Origin: Candidatus Sungiibacteriota bacterium
GTDB lineage: Bacteria; Patescibacteriota; Minisyncoccia; Sungbacterales; HO2-52-23
Reading direction: 5' to 3'
Length of the DNA: 38,509 bases
NCBI GenBank assembly: GCA_016181585.1
Contig: JACOYX010000018.1
Coordinates: 1 to 38,509 of the forward strand
The position numbers and the translations under genes were made by a program. The notes beneath the pieces were generated by a model that was not told where the DNA came from, did not search any database, and saw only the letters and a program-made list of their open reading frames with translations. Below are positions 21,694 through 28,822 of this stretch, piece by piece. The stretch's first letter is position 1. Every line of letters begins with the position of its first letter.

Positions 21694-22437
21694 TTAAAAA
21701 CCGTTCCTATACGCAGGAGCGGTTTTATTATTCGTGTCCATTTTTTCAAAACATATGCCGTAAGGGGCATATAGTTTGGAAAATGCGCGGACAATGAGGA
21801 GAAGCACTTCTTTGCATGTGATGCGAATACCAAGCTCTTCCTCAAGCGAGGTCATGGGAATATCAAGTCCGCAAGGGAAGATATAAGAAAAATAGCGGAG
21901 ATTGGTTGATACATTGAATGCAAAGCCGAAACGGGTAATGAGGTGTCCATCTGGCGCGCGCAGCGCTGAAATGGCGCGCTGGGTAATTTTGCGTTTTCCG
22001 GTAATCCATACGCCCTTTGCATAATGATATTGTGAAAGTTCGGAATGGGGTGTCGGTGCGGCAGAGAGTCCGAGTCCCGAAAGAAAGCCGATTATTCCAT
22101 CGATGAGCGACGTGCTAAATTCGATAAAATCAAAAGGCAATACGGTGATATCAAGTATCCAATAGGCGACAAGCTGTCCGGGGCCGTGATATGTTGCATT
22201 GCCTCCGTGGCGGACTTTTATAATCGGCACATTGAGGTTTGCAAATATTTCGTACGGCACGCGGAGCTGCGTTTCGATCGGCTTATTATGGCTATAGGTA
22301 AAACAATGCGGATGTTCCGCGAATAAAAGCATATTTTTTCTTTCCCCTGCGTAATTTTTTTGAAAGAGCGCATCTTGAAACGCTAGTACGGATTCAATCG
22401 GTTGCATGCCAAGCCAATCCCAATAGATGGTGTGCAT
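21694..22437 (-). CDS. lipB: Lipoyl(octanoyl) transferase
   Basis: EH, GG..TYHGPGQLVAY, RKI, GFAFNV..L..F..I.PCG. Confidence 0.9.
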   Translation of the reverse strand: MHTIYWDWLGMQPIESVLAFQDALFQKNYAGERKNMLLFAEHPHCFTYSHNKPIETQLRVPYEIFANLNVPIIKVRHGGNATYHGPGQLVAYWILDITVLPFDFIEFSTSLIDGIIGFLSGLGLSAAPTPHSELSQYHYAKGVWITGKRKITQRAISALRAPDGHLITRFGFAFNVSTNLRYFSYIFPCGLDIPMTSLEEELGIRITCKEVLLLIVRAFSKLYAPYGICFEKMDTNNKTAPAYRNGF

Positions 22438-22537
22438 AGTACCCCCTCTTTTCCTTTGGTTCTGTTATATGGTAATTTACCATAAAGAACAAGCAGTATA
22501 CGAAGCTAAGCTTCGTGTGTTACAATGTTTCGTAGAT

Positions 22538-23365
22538 ATGCAAGAAGAATATAACAAAGAACGGTTTCATCCGTTCGCTCAAAAAGAGGTTGCTACGCCG
22601 CATGACCCGGGAAAAGAATTTCAATCGTTTATGGAAGAACGCATGCGGCTTTTGCTTGCGGAAAAAGAAAAGTATCGCGGTCCCGATGTACCCGTAGAAA
22701 AAGTAATTTCTGCATTGTATACAGAAAGCGAAATTGGCCGTCTGGTTCGGGAAAATCCTCGATTGCAATTTAGCGTCACTCAAGCGCGGTGGACCGGATC
22801 ATTCGCGTCAATGGCGGAGCGGGGCAATTATTATCTTAAGAAAACGCTTGCGGAATTTTTATTTAACCAAGAAATGCGCAAAAAAATTAATCTCGGGCTT
22901 GCCTATCACGGAGTTGCGGGAGAGGTGATGGCGCGCCAAGTGCTGGAGAAAAGCGGTGTGGCAACCGCCCATGCGCGTCCCGAGCTTGATGCGGCATGCG
23001 GGGTTGATTTGTTGGGATATAAAAAAACAACAGACGGCAGGGAATTGTATTTTGCCATCCAAGTTAAAACAAATCCGACGAGCGAAAAAGTACGTTTTGA
23101 AAAATTGACGAAAGAATCAATGCAGGCGTTGAAAAGCAAAGCCGCTCGGTCGCCGGATGAAGAAGAAATTGTAAACAGCGGGGATCGGGCTATTGAAGCG
23201 GTATCACACATGCGGCGGTTATCTCAAAAACCATACGAGCCGTTTCTTTTTGTCATGCCATCAATTCGTGTGGTACATGACATGCATGCGGTTAATTTAG
23301 GGTCATTTAAGCTGAACCCGGAACTAGTTGACAAATTCGCTCAAAATGTGTTAAAAATTAGTTAG
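22538..23365 (+). CDS. Hypothetical protein with a PD-(D/E)XK nuclease-like motif
   Basis: GE...LDAACGVDLL...FAIQVKT; -10-like TACAAT just upstream favours ATG 22538 over 22427. Confidence 0.6.
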   Translation: MQEEYNKERFHPFAQKEVATPHDPGKEFQSFMEERMRLLLAEKEKYRGPDVPVEKVISALYTESEIGRLVRENPRLQFSVTQARWTGSFASMAERGNYYLKKTLAEFLFNQEMRKKINLGLAYHGVAGEVMARQVLEKSGVATAHARPELDAACGVDLLGYKKTTDGRELYFAIQVKTNPTSEKVRFEKLTKESMQALKSKAARSPDEEEIVNSGDRAIEAVSHMRRLSQKPYEPFLFVMPSIRVVHDMHAVNLGSFKLNPELVDKFAQNVLKIS

Positions 23366-23381
23366 CTATTAAAGGAAAAAT

Positions 23382-23567
23382 ATGGCCGACAATAATAAAC
23401 AAGATGATCTTTTTACGCCTTTTGGGGCGATGTCCATGACCAAAGAAGAAGAGGATGATTTTTTGGCAAATTTTGCAAAAGCGGGGGAAATTTTATTTGG
23501 AGAAGATGAATCATCCGTTTCTTCAGAAGAAAACAAAAAAACAAAGAAACAAAACAATCCGCAGTAA
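23382..23567 (+). CDS. Small acidic hypothetical protein
   Basis: 61-aa ORF with AAGGA RBS following the upstream gene. Confidence 0.55.
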   Translation: MADNNKQDDLFTPFGAMSMTKEEEDDFLANFAKAGEILFGEDESSVSSEENKKTKKQNNPQ

Positions 23568-23578
23568 AGCTCTGCGGA

Positions 23579-23636
23579 TTTTATATTCTCACCACCTAAT
23601 CGCGCGATCGCGCGATTAGGTGGTGAGAATATAAAA
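23579..23636. repeat. Perfect 58-bp palindrome
   Basis: ttttatattctcaccacctaatcgcgcga|tcgcgcgattaggtggtgagaatataaaa. Confidence 0.95.
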
Positions 23637-23639
23637 AAT

Positions 23640-23678
23640 AAACACCCCTCTCCAAAGAGAGGGGAATGGGTGTTTTTT
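23640..23678. terminator. Likely bidirectional terminator closing the minus-strand small-ORF unit
   Basis: aaacaccc / cccctct-ccaa-agagagggg / gggtgttttt, between convergent genes. Confidence 0.6.
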
Positions 23679-24036
23679 ACGGATACCATAGATAGTATCC
23701 TATCGCAACTCCGGCGAAAATGCCGAGAATCGCAAAAAGAACAGGGAGTGGGTTATGTATGGCTCCATGAAAGAGCCATACGATTACCTGCCACAGGTGG
23801 GGAATAAGCCATCGAAAGAAATTCCATACCTGCCCGATGACCCATGAAATCAGGCCGAGAGCGAGGTGGACAAAACCTTCGATGGTGCGGGCGGCGAGAC
23901 GGCCAGTCCACCGAAAATAGGGGGCGGGATTTCCGTGATTCCGATGAATGGAGATCACGAGTCCAAAACCCCAGAAGAAAACAACAAATCCTAGTACTGA
24001 CGCGACGAGCCGCCAGCAATAATCCATTTTTACCAT
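23677..24036 (-). CDS. Small membrane protein (last ORF of the array unit)
   Basis: 119 aa with several hydrophobic, Trp-rich helices; ATG overlaps the end of the upstream small ORF. Confidence 0.7.
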   Translation of the reverse strand: MVKMDYCWRLVASVLGFVVFFWGFGLVISIHRNHGNPAPYFRWTGRLAARTIEGFVHLALGLISWVIGQVWNFFRWLIPHLWQVIVWLFHGAIHNPLPVLFAILGIFAGVAIGYYLWYP

Positions 24037-24173
24037 CCTTGCCTTCTGTAAAACTCTTTCTGTTTTTTCCGGTTGTACCCCTTATTGCCCTTTGGTGATC
24101 CTTGCGGACCGCCAGTTTTTTGCGGCAAAGGAATTCTGCCGAGCTCAATTTTCCGTTTGGCTTCTTTCCTCAT
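24030..24173 (-). CDS. 47-aa basic peptide MRKEAKRKIELGRIPLPQKTGGPQGSPKGNKGYNRKKQKEFYRRQGW
   Basis: Manually translated (below the ORF-track cutoff); AAGGAG / AAAGG RBS; its end overlaps the next ATG. Confidence 0.6.
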   Translation of the reverse strand: MRKEAKRKIELGRIPLPQKTGGPQGSPKGNKGYNRKKQKEFYRRQGW

Positions 24174-24213
24174 CCTTTTCTCTTCTCCTTTTACTAGTTT
24201 TCAAAAATCTATC

Positions 24214-24275
24214 CTCCCATCAAAATTTCCGATTGTTCAGAATCTTTGATGGATGCTCAAGATTGTTTCTTGAGC
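24214..24275 (-). repeat. Double-hairpin array element, copy 6
   Basis: Minus strand GCTCAAGA-aacaa-TCTTGAGC ATCCATCAAA..TTTGATGGGAG, enclosed by AAAAATCT/AGATTTTT. Confidence 0.8.
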
Positions 24276-24313
24276 AGATTTTTTCATCTCCATTGTTTAA
24301 AAAAAGTCACAGA

Positions 24314-24580
24314 CTACTGCTTCCGGAAACCGAGAATGGCGGGAGTTTTTTGAACTGAAGATTTTACTGTCTCAAACTCCCGTTCCAGTAAACTCCACTC
24401 CTCGTCCGAAAGTTCGACGGTTGCGTCGATGTCGGGATATTTTTCTGGTGGAAACTTGTCGATGTTCCGTGCACCGATTTTGTTGAGTTTTTGGAAGAAC
24501 TCGAGTTGCTCTTCCATCCACTCGTGATAAGGCGGCAGTTCTTCCTCTACCATTTTCTTAAAATCACGAACGGTTCCCAT
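24314..24580 (-). CDS. Small acidic hypothetical protein
   Basis: 88 aa; AAGGAGG RBS. Confidence 0.75.
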   Translation of the reverse strand: MGTVRDFKKMVEEELPPYHEWMEEQLEFFQKLNKIGARNIDKFPPEKYPDIDATVELSDEEWSLLEREFETVKSSVQKTPAILGFRKQ

Positions 24581-24620
24581 GATTCCTCCTTTTTATTTTC
24601 CGTAAAGATCTTTAGGGTTT

Positions 24621-24679
24621 CCCCCTTTCAGAAATTTGAACTATTCAAATCTCTGAAAGGGAGGCGAGTCTTTTCTCGC
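24621..24679 (-). repeat. Double-hairpin array element, copy 5 (variant junction)
   Basis: GCGAG-aaaaga-CTCGC CTCCCTTTCAGAGATTTGAA-tag-TTCAAATTTCTGAAAGGGGG. Confidence 0.65.
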
Positions 24680-24984
24680 GCTCCGGTTTTTTGAAAGGGT
24701 TTGGGGCTCCCGGATAATATGCGTGCTCTCGCACTGCATCAGCGAAATGCTGTGGACATGTCTCCGTCGAGCGATGACAATAGCCCAATTATCCGAGGAG
24801 TTGTTCCCCTTACATTGCACCCTTGGGCAACGCACGCGGCTTGGCATTTCCGCGCGTGGGTTTTGGTGAGTGTCTTATATGACCCGGCTTTTATTATATG
24901 TTCAAGAGCTGCCAACTCTCTCCCATATACGCCCAAAACCGGGTGACACCACCTCTCGAGGGACCCATCGACCCCCGAACCCTT

Positions 24985-25197
24985 CTACTCGACAGGGCCG
25001 CCGCATTTGTGACCGCAATGATGACCAAATGCTTTTCCCTGCCGGCGGAGCAGCCGCTTCACTTTGCGTTCATCACGCTTGGTGAGTTTTAACGGCTTGC
25101 CCCTCGCAACCGCCATATCCTGGTAGCAGTCATAGCGGAACGACACGGAGATTTTTCTTCCCCGGTACCAAACCGATTCACCGCAATACCATGCCAT
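24985..25197 (-). CDS. Small basic Cys/His-containing hypothetical protein
   Basis: 70 aa; AAGGAGG RBS; upstream TGTTCTTTAA motif. Confidence 0.7.
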   Translation of the reverse strand: MAWYCGESVWYRGRKISVSFRYDCYQDMAVARGKPLKLTKRDERKVKRLLRRQGKAFGHHCGHKCGGPVE

Positions 25198-25447
25198 GGC
25201 GATCCTCCTTTTTCAAAATTTTAAATAAAATTAAAGAACAACGGACGAGAGTGTGGCGTGGCGGCGCCGTACTCCCTGGGGACACCGCGACTTGCGTCGC
25301 GTGTCCGCGGGCGATAATTTCATCATTTTTATATTTATCGCCTAGCCCCATTGATTTGCTACCGCCATAACTCCCCGAAGGGATTTCAAGTAATCCATGA
25401 TGAGCGCGGTTATTCAGGGGTTTGGTCCGCGCTACGATTGGGAACTT

Positions 25448-25527
25448 CTCCCATCAAAATCTTTATCTTTCCTTTTACAAAAGAAAAACTTTTATGGAAG
25501 CCCGAACTTTGATTTATTCGTTCGGGC
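25448..25527 (-). repeat. Double-hairpin array element, copy 4
   Basis: GCCCGAAC-N12-GTTCGGGC TTCCATAAAAG..TTTGATGGGAG; 22 bp at 25441-25462 identical to 26001-26022. Confidence 0.8.
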
Positions 25528-25639
25528 ACTTTTGCGCAATACGGTCTCGCTCATGCTTATAAGAATATGGCTAGTATTCTTTTATTTCACATGAATCCCC
25601 GTTCACGTGCCTTGCGTTGGCACGGGAGGTTTCGAAACT

Positions 25640-25936
25640 CTAGTATTCCGATTCCAGAGTTTCGGCAATCTTTCGATGCAATTCTCCACTTGCAATCATG
25701 CTTTTAGGCAGATTACAAAGGAATGCTCCGAGAGGATTGCATGACCCATCACATCTACCCCTTACAATGCTCGTAAGATGTTGTGCGTGGACCACGCGCT
25801 CTTCCTCCATATAAATGACGTCAAGCGAGTCTGCGTGGAAATCACCATTGCATCCGTGATTCCACTGGAGCTTTCCGTCATCTTCCGTCATACCATGTTC
25901 AGTGGTCTGACGATAAGTTCGGAATTTTCCTTGCAT
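25640..25936 (-). CDS. Small hypothetical protein (Cys/His-containing)
   Basis: 98 aa; AAGGGGGTG RBS. Confidence 0.7.
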   Translation of the reverse strand: MQGKFRTYRQTTEHGMTEDDGKLQWNHGCNGDFHADSLDVIYMEEERVVHAQHLTSIVRGRCDGSCNPLGAFLCNLPKSMIASGELHRKIAETLESEY

Positions 25937-26007
25937 GGTTCACCCCCTTTCTTTCTCCTGCGAGCCACCGCAGGATTGGTTTTGGTAAAAAAGAATTTTC
26001 GGAACTT

Positions 26008-26076
26008 CTCCCATCAAAATCTCTTAATGATTAAGAAACTTTGATGGGAGTCCGATGATCTTGTGAATCATCGGAC
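26008..26076 (-). repeat. Double-hairpin array element, copy 3
   Basis: GTCCGATGATT-cacaa-GATCATCGGAC TCCCATCAAAGTTTCTTAAT-c-ATTAAGAGATTTTGATGGGAG. Confidence 0.85.
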
Positions 26077-26090
26077 AAACTAGCAGTGTT

Positions 26091-26294
26091 TTACTCAGGG
26101 ATTTTGTTTGCCACCGCCGCGAGACGGTCGGCTTCCGCCCGGAGTATGTTCACTGCTTCTACCAACGCGACTTTGCAGCCACGCTGGTCGGGGTACACAT
26201 TCAAACCGCATCCTGCCTCCTGCGCTTTATGTAAGGCATTGAGCGTGTTACGTACCCCACTGAAAATTTCATGTACTAAACCTTCATTAACCAT
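26091..26294 (-). CDS. Small hypothetical protein (67 aa, MVNEGLVHEIF...)
   Basis: AAGGAGG RBS directly before ATG 26294. Confidence 0.7.
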   Translation of the reverse strand: MVNEGLVHEIFSGVRNTLNALHKAQEAGCGLNVYPDQRGCKVALVEAVNILRAEADRLAAVANKIPE

Positions 26295-26684
26295 CTTCTC
26301 CTCCTTTTGGTCCTCTTTTTGGTTGGCCAATGGTTTGTTTAAATTTTGTTTTGTATAAAAGAACTTTGGAATGGCCAGCGGAGCCGCAAAAAATACGCGG
26401 ACGCTGGCTATAAAATATGCGGCTAGGGCATCTCCGTTACTGGTCTCGCACAGGCTACCTCCTTGCCCGAGCTCCAGTTCCCACTAAAACCTTTGCGGCC
26501 GCTTACGCAAAGGGGTTTCCCAAGTATCCATCGGGGCAGCGATGGATCGCTCCCGTGGGAGTGCTTGGGATTCCGGCCTCAAAATGCCGGAAGGAGATGT
26601 TTCGCTTACCGGTTCTTACTGAAAGAACCGCTTGCGTCTCGAGGCCTCGTCCCCGAGAATAAGCAAAAACGTTGGGTTTCAGAT

Positions 26685-26774
26685 CTCCCATCGAAGCAAG
26701 AGAGCGTAACGAATAATTATATAAGGTTCGCTCTCGCGCTTCGATGGAAGCAGAAGGCGCTGGTCGCTTTCTGC
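26685..26774 (-). repeat. Double-hairpin array element, copy 2
   Basis: GCAGAAAGCG-accag-CGCCTTCTGC TTCCATCGAAGC..GAGAGCG..CGCTCTC..GCTTCGATGGGAG. Confidence 0.85.
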
Positions 26775-26787
26775 TGTTGCGGGGTTT

Positions 26788-26949
26788 TTACTTACTACGC
26801 GGGTCCTCTGCCTCCCGCGCCTCCAGCCAGCTTTCGCGGCTGGAGTGGACAACACCCCGATTGTCGGTGACATATTGATAATCGACGGGGCGGACCCCCT
26901 CAACGATCATCGCTAGCCGCTCCTCCAACGTAATTGTGGTGTTTTCCAT
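26788..26949 (-). CDS. Small hypothetical protein (53 aa, MENTTITLEERL...)
   Basis: AAGGAGG RBS before ATG 26949. Confidence 0.65.
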   Translation of the reverse strand: MENTTITLEERLAMIVEGVRPVDYQYVTDNRGVVHSSRESWLEAREAEDPRSK

Positions 26950-26993
26950 TTTCCTTCCTCCTTTTCTAAGAACATAGAGAGATTGTAAATTTT

Positions 26994-27115
26994 CTCCCAC
27001 CGAAGTAGCGACTGGTTGTTAGCCACTAGAAGTTAGTAATTTTTTAGTTTACTAGTGGCTAGGAACTAGTTGCTAGTCGCTATTTCGGTGGAAGGGGATA
27101 GAATTACCCATCCCT
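26994..27115 (-). repeat. Double-hairpin array element, copy 1 (promoter-proximal, longest stem)
   Basis: GGGAT..ATCCC CTTCCACCGAAATAGCGACT..TAGCCACTAG..CTAGTGGCTA..AGTCGCTACTTCGGTGGGAG. Confidence 0.8.
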
Positions 27116-27170
27116 CAATCCCCACCTCCTTCTTAAAATGTTTAAGTTTTTCCCAAACCGTTATGCCTAC

Positions 27171-27198
27171 ATTATACACAATCTATATAATTTGTCAA
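27171..27198 (-). promoter_or_regulatory. Consensus sigma70 promoter driving the small-ORF/hairpin unit
   Basis: Minus strand TTGACA-16 bp-TATAAT. Confidence 0.8.
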
Positions 27199-27439
27199 GT
27201 AGCGATGACATAATGAAGAAGTAATCCCTAAAAAATGGCTTATATAAAGCAAAAATTAGAGATAAATATTTTTATCTCAAGTAAAACATTTTATCTTTTT
27301 AAAACCGAAGATAATTAAAAATTAACTTACTCTTCACCAAAGGTGCATCGGATCTTTCCATTTTATAAGTAAGAAATAGTGTGAGAGGTATGGGCAAATA
27401 TCTAGACTGGCGCACTTCAGGCTTGAATTTTACATTTAC

Positions 27440-27468
27440 TTGACACCACATGTATTTATGTATATAAT
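27440..27468 (+). promoter_or_regulatory. Consensus sigma70 promoter (divergent)
   Basis: TTGACA-17 bp-TATAAT. Confidence 0.85.
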
Positions 27469-27473
27469 ATGGG

Positions 27474-27740
27474 TAGATGCCGCGCACTAAGGGCGGCATC
27501 TAACTGGTTCTTTCTGGAGGGTTCTTGAGTAAATGTCTTCTCTACTGGATTCCTGCGCATGGCAGGAATAACAGAAGAGGGTGCTCAAGGAATTGGTGAG
27601 CGAGGGCGTGTTCTCGACCACTTAAGTCCGACCGGACGGGTTTAGGACATGCTCAAAAAGTTTTTTCAAGCTCGCCATTTTTTTGTTCTCCTGTATGGCG
27701 AACAAAAAAAGAACCCCCTCCGATTCAGAGAGGAGGGATA
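27474..27740 (+). ncRNA. Putative structured non-coding RNA, family unknown
   Basis: Follows a perfect promoter; no ORF >=60 aa; multiple nested stems. Confidence 0.5.
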
Positions 27741-27881
27741 ATATAATGGGCGGCATGTAATTTTTTGGTCCCTTTTATATTTTTGGAAAATTTAAAAAAA
27801 AAGAAAAACGACGGAAAAAGAAAACAAAAACAAATTGGTATAATTAAAAGGGGACTACGCAAACGCGTACCCCCTTTATTT

Positions 27882-28634
27882 TTAATCAGTGGGTCTTATT
27901 AATTTCCAAAAAAGCATGAAAAGACTTCGAAAAGAATCCGCAACGCTCGAATGCTGGATAATAGTGCCTGATGGTTTACCTTTAAGGGCGGCAATTCCTA
28001 TCTTGTCATCATAGATGGTGAGATCGATATTAATGGGCAAATCCTGTGCTGACACATATTTTGATTCACGAAGCGATGCATTATCTTTTTCTTTCAAGAA
28101 GTCGCCGCGAGAAGAGGTATAGATAAGCGATGAATGGATGCCGTGTTTTACCCTTTCTGAAATATAAGTACTCGGATGTTCCGGAAAAATATCAAGCACG
28201 TTGTCCGCGGAGGCAATGGAATATATATGTTTTTCCTTTGTTGATAAAAAATCTTCCTGCATTCTCAAAAGCCCTTCTCTCCCTTCAAAAAAACGCACTT
28301 GCGGTTTTGAGTCTGAAAGGCGAAAGAGCGCCTCGAGTTCGGGGAGGAACTTGGCAAGTTCCTCTTTTTTGTGTTCGGCGGCTTTGCGTTCTTCTTCGAT
28401 GACGGACAGGAGCTGGTTCGGATCCTCCGCGATGAAAAATTGTTTTTTGCCTTTGGTCTGCGTGCTTGCGAGACCAAGTTTTTTCAAGCGTTCGATTTGG
28501 ACATAGGCGGTAGGGCGGTTGATTTCCGCTTTGGTGGAAATCTGGAGCATGGTCGAGGGACCGAGCTCGAGCATGGCAAGATATACCCGCGCCTCGTTTT
28601 CCGAGAGGCCCATTTGTCGGAGTTGATTAAGCAT
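27882..28634 (-). CDS. TrmB-family transcriptional regulator
   Basis: L..MGLSENEARVYLAMLELG wHTH; INRPTAY..IERL...GL; PQVRFFEGREGL; TIYDDKI. Confidence 0.92.
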   Translation of the reverse strand: MLNQLRQMGLSENEARVYLAMLELGPSTMLQISTKAEINRPTAYVQIERLKKLGLASTQTKGKKQFFIAEDPNQLLSVIEEERKAAEHKKEELAKFLPELEALFRLSDSKPQVRFFEGREGLLRMQEDFLSTKEKHIYSIASADNVLDIFPEHPSTYISERVKHGIHSSLIYTSSRGDFLKEKDNASLRESKYVSAQDLPINIDLTIYDDKIGIAALKGKPSGTIIQHSSVADSFRSLFMLFWKLIRPTD

Positions 28635-28822
28635 GTTGGATTTACTATAGTTTGAGTATACCATATAAAAATGGAAAGCGAAAATATAAAAACAAACTTT
28701 TAAACTTTAAACTTTAGGACTTACGCGTTTGAAAAGGAATACTTTTTTATATAGATTGCCGAGTCCAGATAGTAATCGTGACTCGCAATGACATCAAACG
28801 CGTAAGTCCTAACTATGTAGGC

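Noticed and set aside
24740-24765. Hammerhead ribozyme core
   Set aside because: The minus strand reads CTGATGC rather than CTGATGA, and there is no correctly placed GAAA
26371-26680. RNase P, tmRNA, group II intron or cobalamin riboswitch
   Set aside because: Hallmark motifs (GAGGAAAGTCC, tRNA-like ends, domain V, B12 box) not found by eye on either strand
23677-27000. Prophage remnant
   Set aside because: No integrase, terminase, capsid or replication genes and no att repeats seen
24200-27120. CRISPR or TIGR array
   Set aside because: Units are irregularly spaced hundreds of bases apart, vary in length and are separated by ORFs; no cas or Nop-domain gene is recognisable in the window
24200-27120. 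Classical integron attC cassettes
   Set aside because: No RYYYAAC...GTTRRRY ends on the hairpins and no tyrosine recombinase in the window
24200-27120. Units as simple rho-independent terminators
   Set aside because: They lack consistent U-tracts, share a conserved junction and a two-hairpin layout, and one lies directly after the promoter
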